Source: Haloquadratum walsbyi C23
GTDB lineage: Archaea > Halobacteriota > Halobacteria > Halobacteriales > Haloferacaceae
Length of the DNA: 32,000 bases
Direction: 5' to 3'
Assembly: GCF_000237865.1 (NCBI RefSeq)
Contig: NC_017459.1
Span: 240,001-272,000 of the forward strand
Shown here: piece after piece, positions 24,994 through 32,000 of the stretch
How the letters are laid out: every line of letters begins with the position of its first letter
Position numbering within the stretch: the stretch's first letter is position 1
Translations under genes and position numbers: made by a program
Notes under the pieces: model-generated
Seen by the model: only the letters and a program-made list of their open reading frames with translations
What the model was told of the DNA's origin: nothing
Database searches by the model: none

Positions 24994-27462
24994 ATGACAA
25001 ACGATAATAATCATAAATTACGTGCAGTCATCCTGGCTGCAGTGATGGTATTCTCCGTCATTGCGATGTCAGGGGCTGCATCTGCTGAGATTGTCCGTGG
25101 AAACGGAAATGCCCAGTATGACGTGAACACAGAAGGCGAAGGGAAGTTTAACAATGTTACAGATGGTGCTATTATTTTCCAGGGTGAGGAAGATATTGTC
25201 TTCCGTAATAATACTGATGATACTGATCCCATTCCAGCTGGAACACTCTCACGGGCCGCTGAGGCTGGTGGCGAGACATTAACTCTTCCAATTCCAGAAG
25301 GTCAAGCTGTGGGACAATATAGTACACCGCAGAATGATTTCAATGTCACCGTCCAAACACCTCGTATTACGACCTTTGACGTGAATAATAATTTCACAGA
25401 CGTCAATGGAGGGACGATAACTACTGATCAGACCGGCGCAAACGTCGTTGTCGAATACAACTTCCAAGATTCGGAGAACATCACACTCACCGTTGAAGAT
25501 GAGTCTGGTCAAGAAGTTACACAAGAGTTCCTCCGTGGTAGTCAATCTGACACAATTAATGGATCTTCACAGAATGGTGACGTTACATTCAACATCACAC
25601 CAGCAGATTCCGATGAGGGTGAATACACCTTCACTGTCGAAGGTGACGATGATCTTGACTTCGGCGAAGCATCGCAGAGCACCACAGTAACGATTGTCTC
25701 TGATCAGAAGGCAAACCTAGACCTTGCTGAAGAAGAGACTGTTCAGGGTGGCAATCTTGACTTCACAATTACAAATCGCCAAACCGGAACTTTCCATTTG
25801 GTCCGTATTGACCAAAGTGAATTCCGAGATAATATTGATGTCTCTGATGCCGAAAACATATTCCGTAATGTCGATGATACAGTCCAAACAGGAATTATCA
25901 ACGGCACCAATGTTAGCGCAGGCAGCATAAGTGAAGTTGACGCAGCATTTGCCGTTGTTGAGATGGATGATGGATTTGGTGGATCGATTGAGACACAGTT
26001 CCTCGATGATTCAACGATCACAGTTGATCTGCTTCCATCCAATGCATCAGCATCACCATCATACCTAGAGAACGATAGGCTGACAAATGCAAGTCTAAAT
26101 AATGCTGGCGGTGACCTCGCTGACGCTACAACAGATGATGATGTTGATTTCAGCATTAACGAAGGTGAAGTTAGCATTACGAATCCCGCTGGATCATATA
26201 TCGTCGGATCTGATGTTGATATCACTGGCGATGCAAATGAAGGCATCGACGATGTATCAATATACGCACGAGATCAAGGTGATTATGAACTTGTCGACAT
26301 TGATAATAGCCGCTCAATAGCAGTCGAAGGCGACAATCAATTCGATGAAGAAGATGTCCAACTGAGTAGTTCCGGTGGTGACCTTGGAAACCGTCTGTTG
26401 TCACTCCCAGGCAACTACCGACTTGGTGTCATTGATGCACAAGATGCACAAAATGATAGCGGCATCGTTCGAGATACACTAACTACGTCTGAGTTCAATG
26501 GTGGCGTGAGTAGTGCAACCTCAATTGTTGTCACAGATACCGAACTTGATGGTAACTTCACAACATACAACGGACAGATTGCAGTTGAAGACGAAAATAA
26601 TGCTGTTGATGTTCAGGGCGTTGCACCTGGCAAAGATGAAGTGTCTGTCATATTTGTCGGTCCACGCGGAAACACTGAAAGAAATGCCATCACCGTTGAC
26701 AGCGACGACACATTCGATGAAGAAGATCTAAGTGTTGCAGGCCTCGCAGAAGGAACTGTCTCAGCACACATTATCTCATCCGGTCGTGATAATGAGTTCG
26801 GAGACGACTTCGCTACAAGTGTCAGTGGATTCAACAGTCAGGTCGATAATAACTTCAGCGGTACTGCTGACCAGGTTCGGTCACAGATTGTCGCCAACTC
26901 CGTTGATGATACGGCAAGCGATGATCTAATTGTTACCGAAACATTCCGGAAGGCGGATGGATTGACAACAATCGAATCACTTACCGATCCAGTCGAAACT
27001 AACGGCACGGTAGAGATTCAGGGTCAAACGAACCGCGTACCTGATGACAATACAATCACTGCTGAAATACTCACTCAAGACGACAACGTAGTTACCAGCA
27101 CGAGTACCGATACATGGGGTTCTGACGGCGTGTACAGCCTTAACGCTGAATTGAGTAGCGTCGAACCAGGTAACTACACGGTTGAAGTTGACGACGGTGA
27201 CAATACCGACCGCGCATCAATCACCGTTGTTGAGCAGGTTCAGGAAACACCAGAACCAACACCAGAGCCAACAGCAACGGAAGAGCCAACTCCGACAGCA
27301 ACACCAGAGCCAACGGCAACGGAAGAGCCAACTCCGACAGCAACACCAGAGCCAACGGCAACACCAACTTCAACACCGACCGGCACGCCTGGATTCGGTA
27401 TTGTAGTTGCACTGATAGCACTCGTTGCTGCGGCACTGCTCGCGGTTCGCCGTAACAACTGA
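24994..27462 (+). CDS. csg: Major cell surface (S-layer) glycoprotein, PGF-CTERM anchored
   Basis: The signal peptide MTNDNNHKLRAVILAAVMVFSVIAMSGAASA is followed by long stretches that, from my memory of its sequence, are colinear with the Haloferax volcanii S-layer glycoprotein. Examples are GEYTFTVEGDDDLDFGEASQ, AFAVVEMDDGFGGSIETQFLDDS, YRLGVIDAQDA, LTTSEFNGGVSS, ASDDLIVTETFR and YTVEVDDGDNTD. A Thr/Pro/Glu linker and TPGFGIVVALIALVAAALLAVRRNN close the protein. Confidence 0.92.
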   Translation: MTNDNNHKLRAVILAAVMVFSVIAMSGAASAEIVRGNGNAQYDVNTEGEGKFNNVTDGAIIFQGEEDIVFRNNTDDTDPIPAGTLSRAAEAGGETLTLPIPEGQAVGQYSTPQNDFNVTVQTPRITTFDVNNNFTDVNGGTITTDQTGANVVVEYNFQDSENITLTVEDESGQEVTQEFLRGSQSDTINGSSQNGDVTFNITPADSDEGEYTFTVEGDDDLDFGEASQSTTVTIVSDQKANLDLAEEETVQGGNLDFTITNRQTGTFHLVRIDQSEFRDNIDVSDAENIFRNVDDTVQTGIINGTNVSAGSISEVDAAFAVVEMDDGFGGSIETQFLDDSTITVDLLPSNASASPSYLENDRLTNASLNNAGGDLADATTDDDVDFSINEGEVSITNPAGSYIVGSDVDITGDANEGIDDVSIYARDQGDYELVDIDNSRSIAVEGDNQFDEEDVQLSSSGGDLGNRLLSLPGNYRLGVIDAQDAQNDSGIVRDTLTTSEFNGGVSSATSIVVTDTELDGNFTTYNGQIAVEDENNAVDVQGVAPGKDEVSVIFVGPRGNTERNAITVDSDDTFDEEDLSVAGLAEGTVSAHIISSGRDNEFGDDFATSVSGFNSQVDNNFSGTADQVRSQIVANSVDDTASDDLIVTETFRKADGLTTIESLTDPVETNGTVEIQGQTNRVPDDNTITAEILTQDDNVVTSTSTDTWGSDGVYSLNAELSSVEPGNYTVEVDDGDNTDRASITVVEQVQETPEPTPEPTATEEPTPTATPEPTATEEPTPTATPEPTATPTSTPTGTPGFGIVVALIALVAAALLAVRRNN
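27262..27363 (+). repeat. 2.4 copies of a 42-nt coding tandem repeat (PEPTATEEPTPTAT) in the csg C-terminal linker
   Basis: 27262-27303 and 27304-27345 differ at one position, and a third, partial copy starts at 27346. Confidence 0.85.
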
Positions 27463-27467
27463 TAACT

Positions 27468-27521
27468 AATCGGACACTCGCAGTTCGTCCGATTCTTTCG
27501 AAGTAATTTCTTTTATTTTTT
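27468..27521 (+). terminator. Candidate csg terminator: hairpin plus T-tracts
   Basis: AATCGGAC (27468-27475) pairs with GTCCGATT (27487-27494). It is followed by TTTCTTTTATTTTTT (27508-27521), starting 6 nt after the TGA stop. Confidence 0.5.
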
Positions 27522-27922
27522 CACTCGCGATAAGCGATAGCTAGCGAAGCATCGCTGAAACTGTGAGACAAAAGTATGATTATCCACGAGATTTCCATGC
27601 ACATTTCACTGAAAAATGATTCATAAATAATTGACAATATACACAAAGCTCAGATCATTTCTTATGATTTCGAATCAGTAAGATTAATTATTATTTCATA
27701 ATATTTGTAATACTAAATCTAATCTAGTATAAGTGATATTCAGATATGATTTATTATCTCTTCAAAATAAGATAAGCTGGAATTTATATTCACTTCACGC
27801 TACAAATTTAAAGAAGCGTACATATGATAATTGACTCATTTATTTGCGTGGTCAATCACCGTATCATTCAGCGTATAACCCACTAGCTGAAGTGAAGAGT
27901 CACTCATTCCGCACTTTCACGG

Positions 27923-27930
27923 TATATTTA
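27923..27930 (+). promoter_or_regulatory. Candidate TATA box for the 132-aa membrane protein gene
   Basis: TATATTTA lies 26-33 nt upstream of the ATG at 27956. Confidence 0.3.
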
Positions 27931-27955
27931 TCCGATATGCGACCAATCATTCCAT

Positions 27956-28354
27956 ATGTCAACCACACAGCGAGATAGTTCAACGACATTTTCACTTCCT
28001 ACAAATAGCGTGGGATATGTCGCAATTGTCGCTGCAGTTGTGACTGGTGTTTTGCATCTAGTTCTTGGAATCGTATTCCTTTCTCAGGGAGGAATTTCAT
28101 CGATCACTGCCATCCTCACGCAAACACTTCCTGTGTTATTTATCCTCAACGGGATTGGATTTCTGGGTGGGATTGGTGTGTATCTCTCTCAATATTGGCG
28201 ACGTGAACTGCATCTTATCGCTGCTGGCTATGCCGGTGCGACAATCGTTGCATTCTTTATGTTCAACGGTGGATTCAGTCCTGTTGTTGCCATTTCGAAG
28301 ATTGCAGAGGTCATATTCATTATTTCGGTTTTATATCTCTATACCATCGAATAG
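27956..28354 (+). CDS. Small integral membrane protein (about 4 TM), unknown function
   Basis: 132-aa ORF with four hydrophobic segments (VAIVAAVVTGVLHLVLGIVFL, LPVLFILNGIGFLGGIGVYL, LIAAGYAGATIVAFFMF, AEVIFIISVLYLY). Confidence 0.7.
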   Translation: MSTTQRDSSTTFSLPTNSVGYVAIVAAVVTGVLHLVLGIVFLSQGGISSITAILTQTLPVLFILNGIGFLGGIGVYLSQYWRRELHLIAAGYAGATIVAFFMFNGGFSPVVAISKIAEVIFIISVLYLYTIE

Positions 28355-28368
28355 TGATTATACTCGAC

Positions 28369-28398
28369 TAGACAGGGATATGTGCCGATGTGTCTACC
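28369..28398. promoter_or_regulatory. Palindrome TAGACA-N16-TGTCTACC upstream of tetR, candidate operator
   Basis: TAGACA is at 28369-28374 and TGTCTACC at 28391-28398. It shares its half-sites with the palindrome at 29288-29309. Confidence 0.3.
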
Positions 28399-28504
28399 AG
28401 TAAGTTCCACACTCAAAAGCGAATCAAATCCTCAAATGAGCTGACGAGTCGGTGTGTATAACAGGACAGGTTGATGTGCACGCATCCATTTTCAAAGAGC
28501 AGAC

Positions 28505-29209
28505 TTGAAAGACGACACAACAATTCTGCCAAACGCGCCCGATGACACCCATACTGAAATCCTTCGGGCTACCTTTCGGGTTCTTTGCGAGCGTGGGTAT
28601 ACTGGCGTGACAATCTCACGGATCGCTACTCGGACAGATATCGCGAAATCAGTCGTTTATTATCATTATGAGGATAAAGACGATATTGTCCAGACATTGC
28701 TTGATCAGGTACTCAGCGAGTTACTTTCAGAGTACTTCCGTGATTCTGATGATGATCCTGCCCATCGTCTTGAGAATTTCTTTGGATTTATTTTTGCCGT
28801 TGCTGATGGGGATATCACCGACACAAAACCGGATAGCGATATGGATGAGAACGCAGATCTGAACACAGACTCGTCACATACCGTTGAGAAAGGATTCAAA
28901 CATTATGTTGGTGCGCATAGCCAGGCGTATGTCGAATTGCGGGCGCAAGCTGCCCATGATCAGGTCTTTCGGGAGACAATCCAGGCAAATGAAACAAAAC
29001 TTCGAGATGAATTACATGCGTGTCTTGACGCCGGTGTCGCCGCTGGAACGTTTGATATCGATAGCGTAAATGATGCAACAGAGTTCTTATTAACACTGAT
29101 TGAAGGGGCTATTTTTCGGGGGGCGACGACCGACGAGATTGATACTGAGGCACTTGCGGATATTATTGAACGAAAACTCGGCATTATTATTCATGAAGCG
29201 GATTTATGA
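28505..29209 (+). CDS. TetR/AcrR family transcriptional regulator
   Basis: N-terminal HTH region ILRATFRVLCERGYTGVTISRIATRTDIAKSVVYYHYEDKDDIV. TTG is the only in-frame start near the N-terminus. Confidence 0.85.
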   Translation: MKDDTTILPNAPDDTHTEILRATFRVLCERGYTGVTISRIATRTDIAKSVVYYHYEDKDDIVQTLLDQVLSELLSEYFRDSDDDPAHRLENFFGFIFAVADGDITDTKPDSDMDENADLNTDSSHTVEKGFKHYVGAHSQAYVELRAQAAHDQVFRETIQANETKLRDELHACLDAGVAAGTFDIDSVNDATEFLLTLIEGAIFRGATTDEIDTEALADIIERKLGIIIHEADL

Positions 29210-29287
29210 ATATAATATTATATAACGACCATTCGATAGGAACCTTCATACTCGAAGAGCCAATTACTGTATATACACAATAAACTA

Positions 29288-29309
29288 GTAGACATAGACC
29301 ACTGTCTAC
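29288..29309. promoter_or_regulatory. Palindrome GTAGACA-N8-TGTCTAC between tetR and the downstream surface-protein/exporter genes, candidate TetR operator
   Basis: The 7-bp perfect arms at 29288-29294 and 29303-29309 lie 36-57 nt upstream of the ATG at 29345. Confidence 0.35.
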
Positions 29310-29344
29310 CCCGACGTGACACTTATTATACTCATAAAGAACGA

Positions 29345-30973
29345 ATGCGACAGAAGATACTCACATCAATTCTTGTATTGTTTATGATTACCGCTGGATT
29401 TGCTGGACCGGTTGTTGCTGCCGAAGAGATTGTTGTTGGATCTCCGAATATTACTGCCAGCGCTGCTGATGTACAATTCCGTGCCAGTGAATCAGCGACG
29501 CTGAGCGTGACAGTAAATAATGATGGACAACTGACCGATGGCGGTCGAGACGAATATGAGAACGAGGTGCAGACCGCACAAAGTGTCCAGATTGATATTG
29601 CTGAGGATCAAATTGACGCCCCCATCGAAGTTAATACAGGGACACAGACACTCGGCAGCCTGAGCGATGGGCAGAGCGAAACAGTTGATTTTGCATTAGA
29701 AATCGGACGCGCGACACCAGGAACATATCAGATTCCTGTTGAGATTACGTACAGTCATTCTCGAGTGATTGCTTTCGGTCAGTTCGAAGATACTGACCGA
29801 CAAAATCGCGAGCAGACAGTCACAGAGGAAATTACAATTCGTATTGAGGACCGCCCTGAATTCGATATGAGCGAAGATGAAGCGAATGCTGTGACTGCCG
29901 GTGATAACGGTAAAATTGGGTTTAATTTACAGAATATCGGAACCGAAACCGCACGCGATGCAACGGTTCGCTTACAGACACAAACGCCAGGTATCTTCTT
30001 TGGAAAGCAAACAAGCCAGTCAGTTGATACATCAGTGTTTGTCTCTGCACTTGAGCCAGATTCGAGTGAGCAAATAACCGTTCAAATGGGTGCTGGTCCG
30101 GATGTCTCTGCTGGGACATATACAGTAACTGCGATTGTTGAATATGAGGATGAAAATGGGATTACACAACAATCAGATCCATTACAAGCTGGTGTGACGG
30201 TGCGCGAAGAGCGAACATTTGAGCTTGAGAATGTCGAATTGACTGACTTCCGTGTCGATGAGCCAGAGGCTCGAATCGAAGCAACGGTCATCAATCGCGG
30301 ACCAACACCCGCACAGAACGCTGTTGTCTCAGTCAGTGGGACAGAAACGATTGCTGTGACGAGTGGTGAATCCGCAGTTGGTGATCTCGCGGTTGGTGAT
30401 AGCGCTCCTGTTTCATTCACACTGAATATTCCGGGCGAAGCTGAGCCCGGATCAATCTCACTCCCATTCGCTGTTGAATACGAGAACGAGGATGGTGATG
30501 TGTTGCAGACAACAACACCTATTCGACAGTCCGTAACAATCCAGCCAGAACAGGATCGATTTGAGATTGTTGGAACTGAAACAGGTGTTACCCCAGGTGG
30601 TAGTGCAACGCTTGCTGTCACACTGCGATACACAGGCAGTGAGCCGGTTTCAGATGCAAATGCAAAGTTATTCACCAGCGATCCAATATCGTCAGCCGAT
30701 GATGGAGCATTTCTTGGAACTGTTGAACCAGGGACGACAACAACGGCGACATTCCGGGTAAGTGCATCAAGCGACGCTATTGCGAAGGAATACGCATCAA
30801 GTGTCGAAGTACGATACGACGAAGCCGACGGTGACACACGCTTCACTGGATCACTTCCGATTGGTGTGTCGGTCTCTGCTGGTGATTCCGGTGGGCTTCC
30901 ACTGATGCCGATTGGTGTCGCCGCAGTGATTGCTGTTCTCGGTGGCGGCGTCGTGCTCTACAGACGGGTGTAA
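29345..30973 (+). CDS. Secreted, C-terminally anchored protein with repeated beta-sandwich-like modules (COG1361/CARDB-like S-layer domain protein)
   Basis: Signal peptide ILVLFMITAGFAGPVVAA. Four recurring modules (ATLSVTVNNDGQ, IGFNLQNIGTETARDATV, IEATVINRGPTPAQNAVV, ATLAVTLRYTGSEPVSDANA). C-terminal TM IGVAAVIAVLGGGVVLYRRV. Confidence 0.8.
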   Translation: MRQKILTSILVLFMITAGFAGPVVAAEEIVVGSPNITASAADVQFRASESATLSVTVNNDGQLTDGGRDEYENEVQTAQSVQIDIAEDQIDAPIEVNTGTQTLGSLSDGQSETVDFALEIGRATPGTYQIPVEITYSHSRVIAFGQFEDTDRQNREQTVTEEITIRIEDRPEFDMSEDEANAVTAGDNGKIGFNLQNIGTETARDATVRLQTQTPGIFFGKQTSQSVDTSVFVSALEPDSSEQITVQMGAGPDVSAGTYTVTAIVEYEDENGITQQSDPLQAGVTVREERTFELENVELTDFRVDEPEARIEATVINRGPTPAQNAVVSVSGTETIAVTSGESAVGDLAVGDSAPVSFTLNIPGEAEPGSISLPFAVEYENEDGDVLQTTTPIRQSVTIQPEQDRFEIVGTETGVTPGGSATLAVTLRYTGSEPVSDANAKLFTSDPISSADDGAFLGTVEPGTTTTATFRVSASSDAIAKEYASSVEVRYDEADGDTRFTGSLPIGVSVSAGDSGGLPLMPIGVAAVIAVLGGGVVLYRRV

Positions 30974-30977
30974 ATCA

Positions 30978-32000
30978 ATGAAACAATCTCGTCGATTCTT
31001 CTCTCGGATTGGACGGTTTGTTCAGGCACATCCAGTTATGACGTTGTTGCTTGCCGTTGCGCTCATCGGGGTTGCCTTCGTCGGTGCTGGTCAGATTGAG
31101 AGTGTCACCGGTGATCGTGCATTTGTTGGGTCGAATCCAACGCTCGATACATTTGATGATGAGTTTGATTATGGAAGTGTCGCAACACTCGTCCGCGGGG
31201 AGGTGACGGACCCAACGACGATGCGGGCAATTGATCGCTATGATCAGCGGATGAGCGCGGTTGAAGATGTCCAAACGGTCAATAGCCCTGCTGATCGGGT
31301 GCGTGAAGAATACGGACGGATACCCGACTCACAAACGAAAATTGAGCGTGTCATTGGGAGTCCTGATACTGCTGTCATCGGCATTGTTAGTGATGCCGGG
31401 ATGACTCAACAACAGTCACGACCAATCTATACGAAAGCAGTTGACCGCAAAGAATGGGTGCAGTTCCCTGCTGGTGTTTCTGTGACTGTGACTGGGTCTG
31501 CTGCATTCTCGACGCAATTATCAGCGCTCATTCAACAGAGCACACAACAATTGCTTGGACTTGCGGTTGGGCTGATGACCGTTGCATTGTTCTTCCTTTT
31601 CCGTGGGGTTCGACTTCGATTACTCCCGATTGTCGCTGTCTTTGTTGGTGTCATCTATACGTTTGGGGCAATCGGATATGCGGGCGTGCCAAATTCAACG
31701 CTAACGAGCGCTGTATTCCCGATCCTCATCGGACTTGGCATTGATTATTCGGTGCAGTTCCATGAACGATATGAAGAAGAATTGGAAACACATCCTCCGA
31801 AACAAGCGCTTCCACTTGCACTCGGTGGGATTGGACCACCCGTATCGATTGCTGCGATTGCAGCAACGCTTGGATTTGGAGCGACGTGGATCTCCTCGGC
31901 GGGGACTCCTGCATTTGTCTGGTTCGCACAGACATCGATGTTCGGAATTGGGCTGACATTCCTATCGGGCATTATTGTTCTTCTTCCAATATTGACGCTG
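30978..32000 (+). CDS. RND-superfamily/MMPL-domain exporter (COG1033-like), 5' part; continues beyond the window
   Basis: The frame is open from the ATG at 30978 to the window end (341 codons), so it is absent from the ORF track. MKQSRRFFSRIGRFVQAHPVMTLLLAVALIGV is followed by a periplasmic-type loop and a TM bundle with FPILIGLGIDYSVQFHERY. It starts 4 nt after the upstream stop. Confidence 0.85.
   Translation, partial: MKQSRRFFSRIGRFVQAHPVMTLLLAVALIGVAFVGAGQIESVTGDRAFVGSNPTLDTFDDEFDYGSVATLVRGEVTDPTTMRAIDRYDQRMSAVEDVQTVNSPADRVREEYGRIPDSQTKIERVIGSPDTAVIGIVSDAGMTQQQSRPIYTKAVDRKEWVQFPAGVSVTVTGSAAFSTQLSALIQQSTQQLLGLAVGLMTVALFFLFRGVRLRLLPIVAVFVGVIYTFGAIGYAGVPNSTLTSAVFPILIGLGIDYSVQFHERYEEELETHPPKQALPLALGGIGPPVSIAAIAATLGFGATWISSAGTPAFVWFAQTSMFGIGLTFLSGIIVLLPILTL

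Noticed and set aside
30082-30846. 254-aa minus-strand ORF
   Set aside because: It is antisense to the signal-peptide/repeat-module protein gene, and its translation is Ser/Thr/Ala/Val-rich with no features.
30975-31274. 99-aa minus-strand ORF listed in the track where no plus-strand ORF is listed
   Set aside because: The plus-strand frame from the ATG at 30978 is open to the window end and encodes an obvious MMPL/RND exporter. It is missing from the track only because it has no stop in the window.
1-32000. rRNA, tRNA, CRISPR and defence-system genes
   Set aside because: I found no cloverleaf-like GC-rich segments in the intergenic regions, no rRNA-like conserved stretches, no repeat-spacer arrays, and no nuclease, helicase or methylase genes apart from the IS-borne tnpB copies.

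Overview
This 32 kb window looks like chromosomal DNA from a haloarchaeon. The evidence is the acidic proteins, a clear S-layer glycoprotein orthologue with a PGF-CTERM anchor, haloarchaeal IS types and AT-rich intergenic DNA. The fairly low GC suggests a Haloquadratum-like host, but that is an unverified guess. From left to right: (1) An IS1341-type (tnpB-only, IS200/IS605 family) element whose tnpB start codon region has been hit by an IS66-family element. The nested element has imperfect terminal inverted repeats and a perfect 8-bp target duplication, GAATGCTG. (2) A minus-strand housekeeping block: NUDIX hydrolase, acidic hypothetical protein, GT2/GT81-like glycosyltransferase, a 5'-truncated second tnpB remnant that keeps its right end, aldo/keto reductase, SDR epimerase and a small acidic protein. 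(3) The most interesting locus is at 10249-20657 on the minus strand: eight tightly coupled genes forming a type IV pilus/Tad-like system. Only the secretion ATPase and the polytopic platform protein are recognisable. The other six are a coiled-coil acidic protein and five proteins with an N-terminal hydrophobic helix, one of them 1027 aa. (4) Divergent from that locus are a 1225-aa surface protein with a (Pro-Thr) linker of about 106 codons and the major S-layer glycoprotein gene (csg-like). (5) A small membrane protein, then a TetR regulator, a COG1361-like surface protein and an MMPL/RND exporter that runs off the window, with related palindromes flanking tetR. I saw no rRNA, tRNA or CRISPR array. 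All family calls come from motifs I read by eye, not from database searches.
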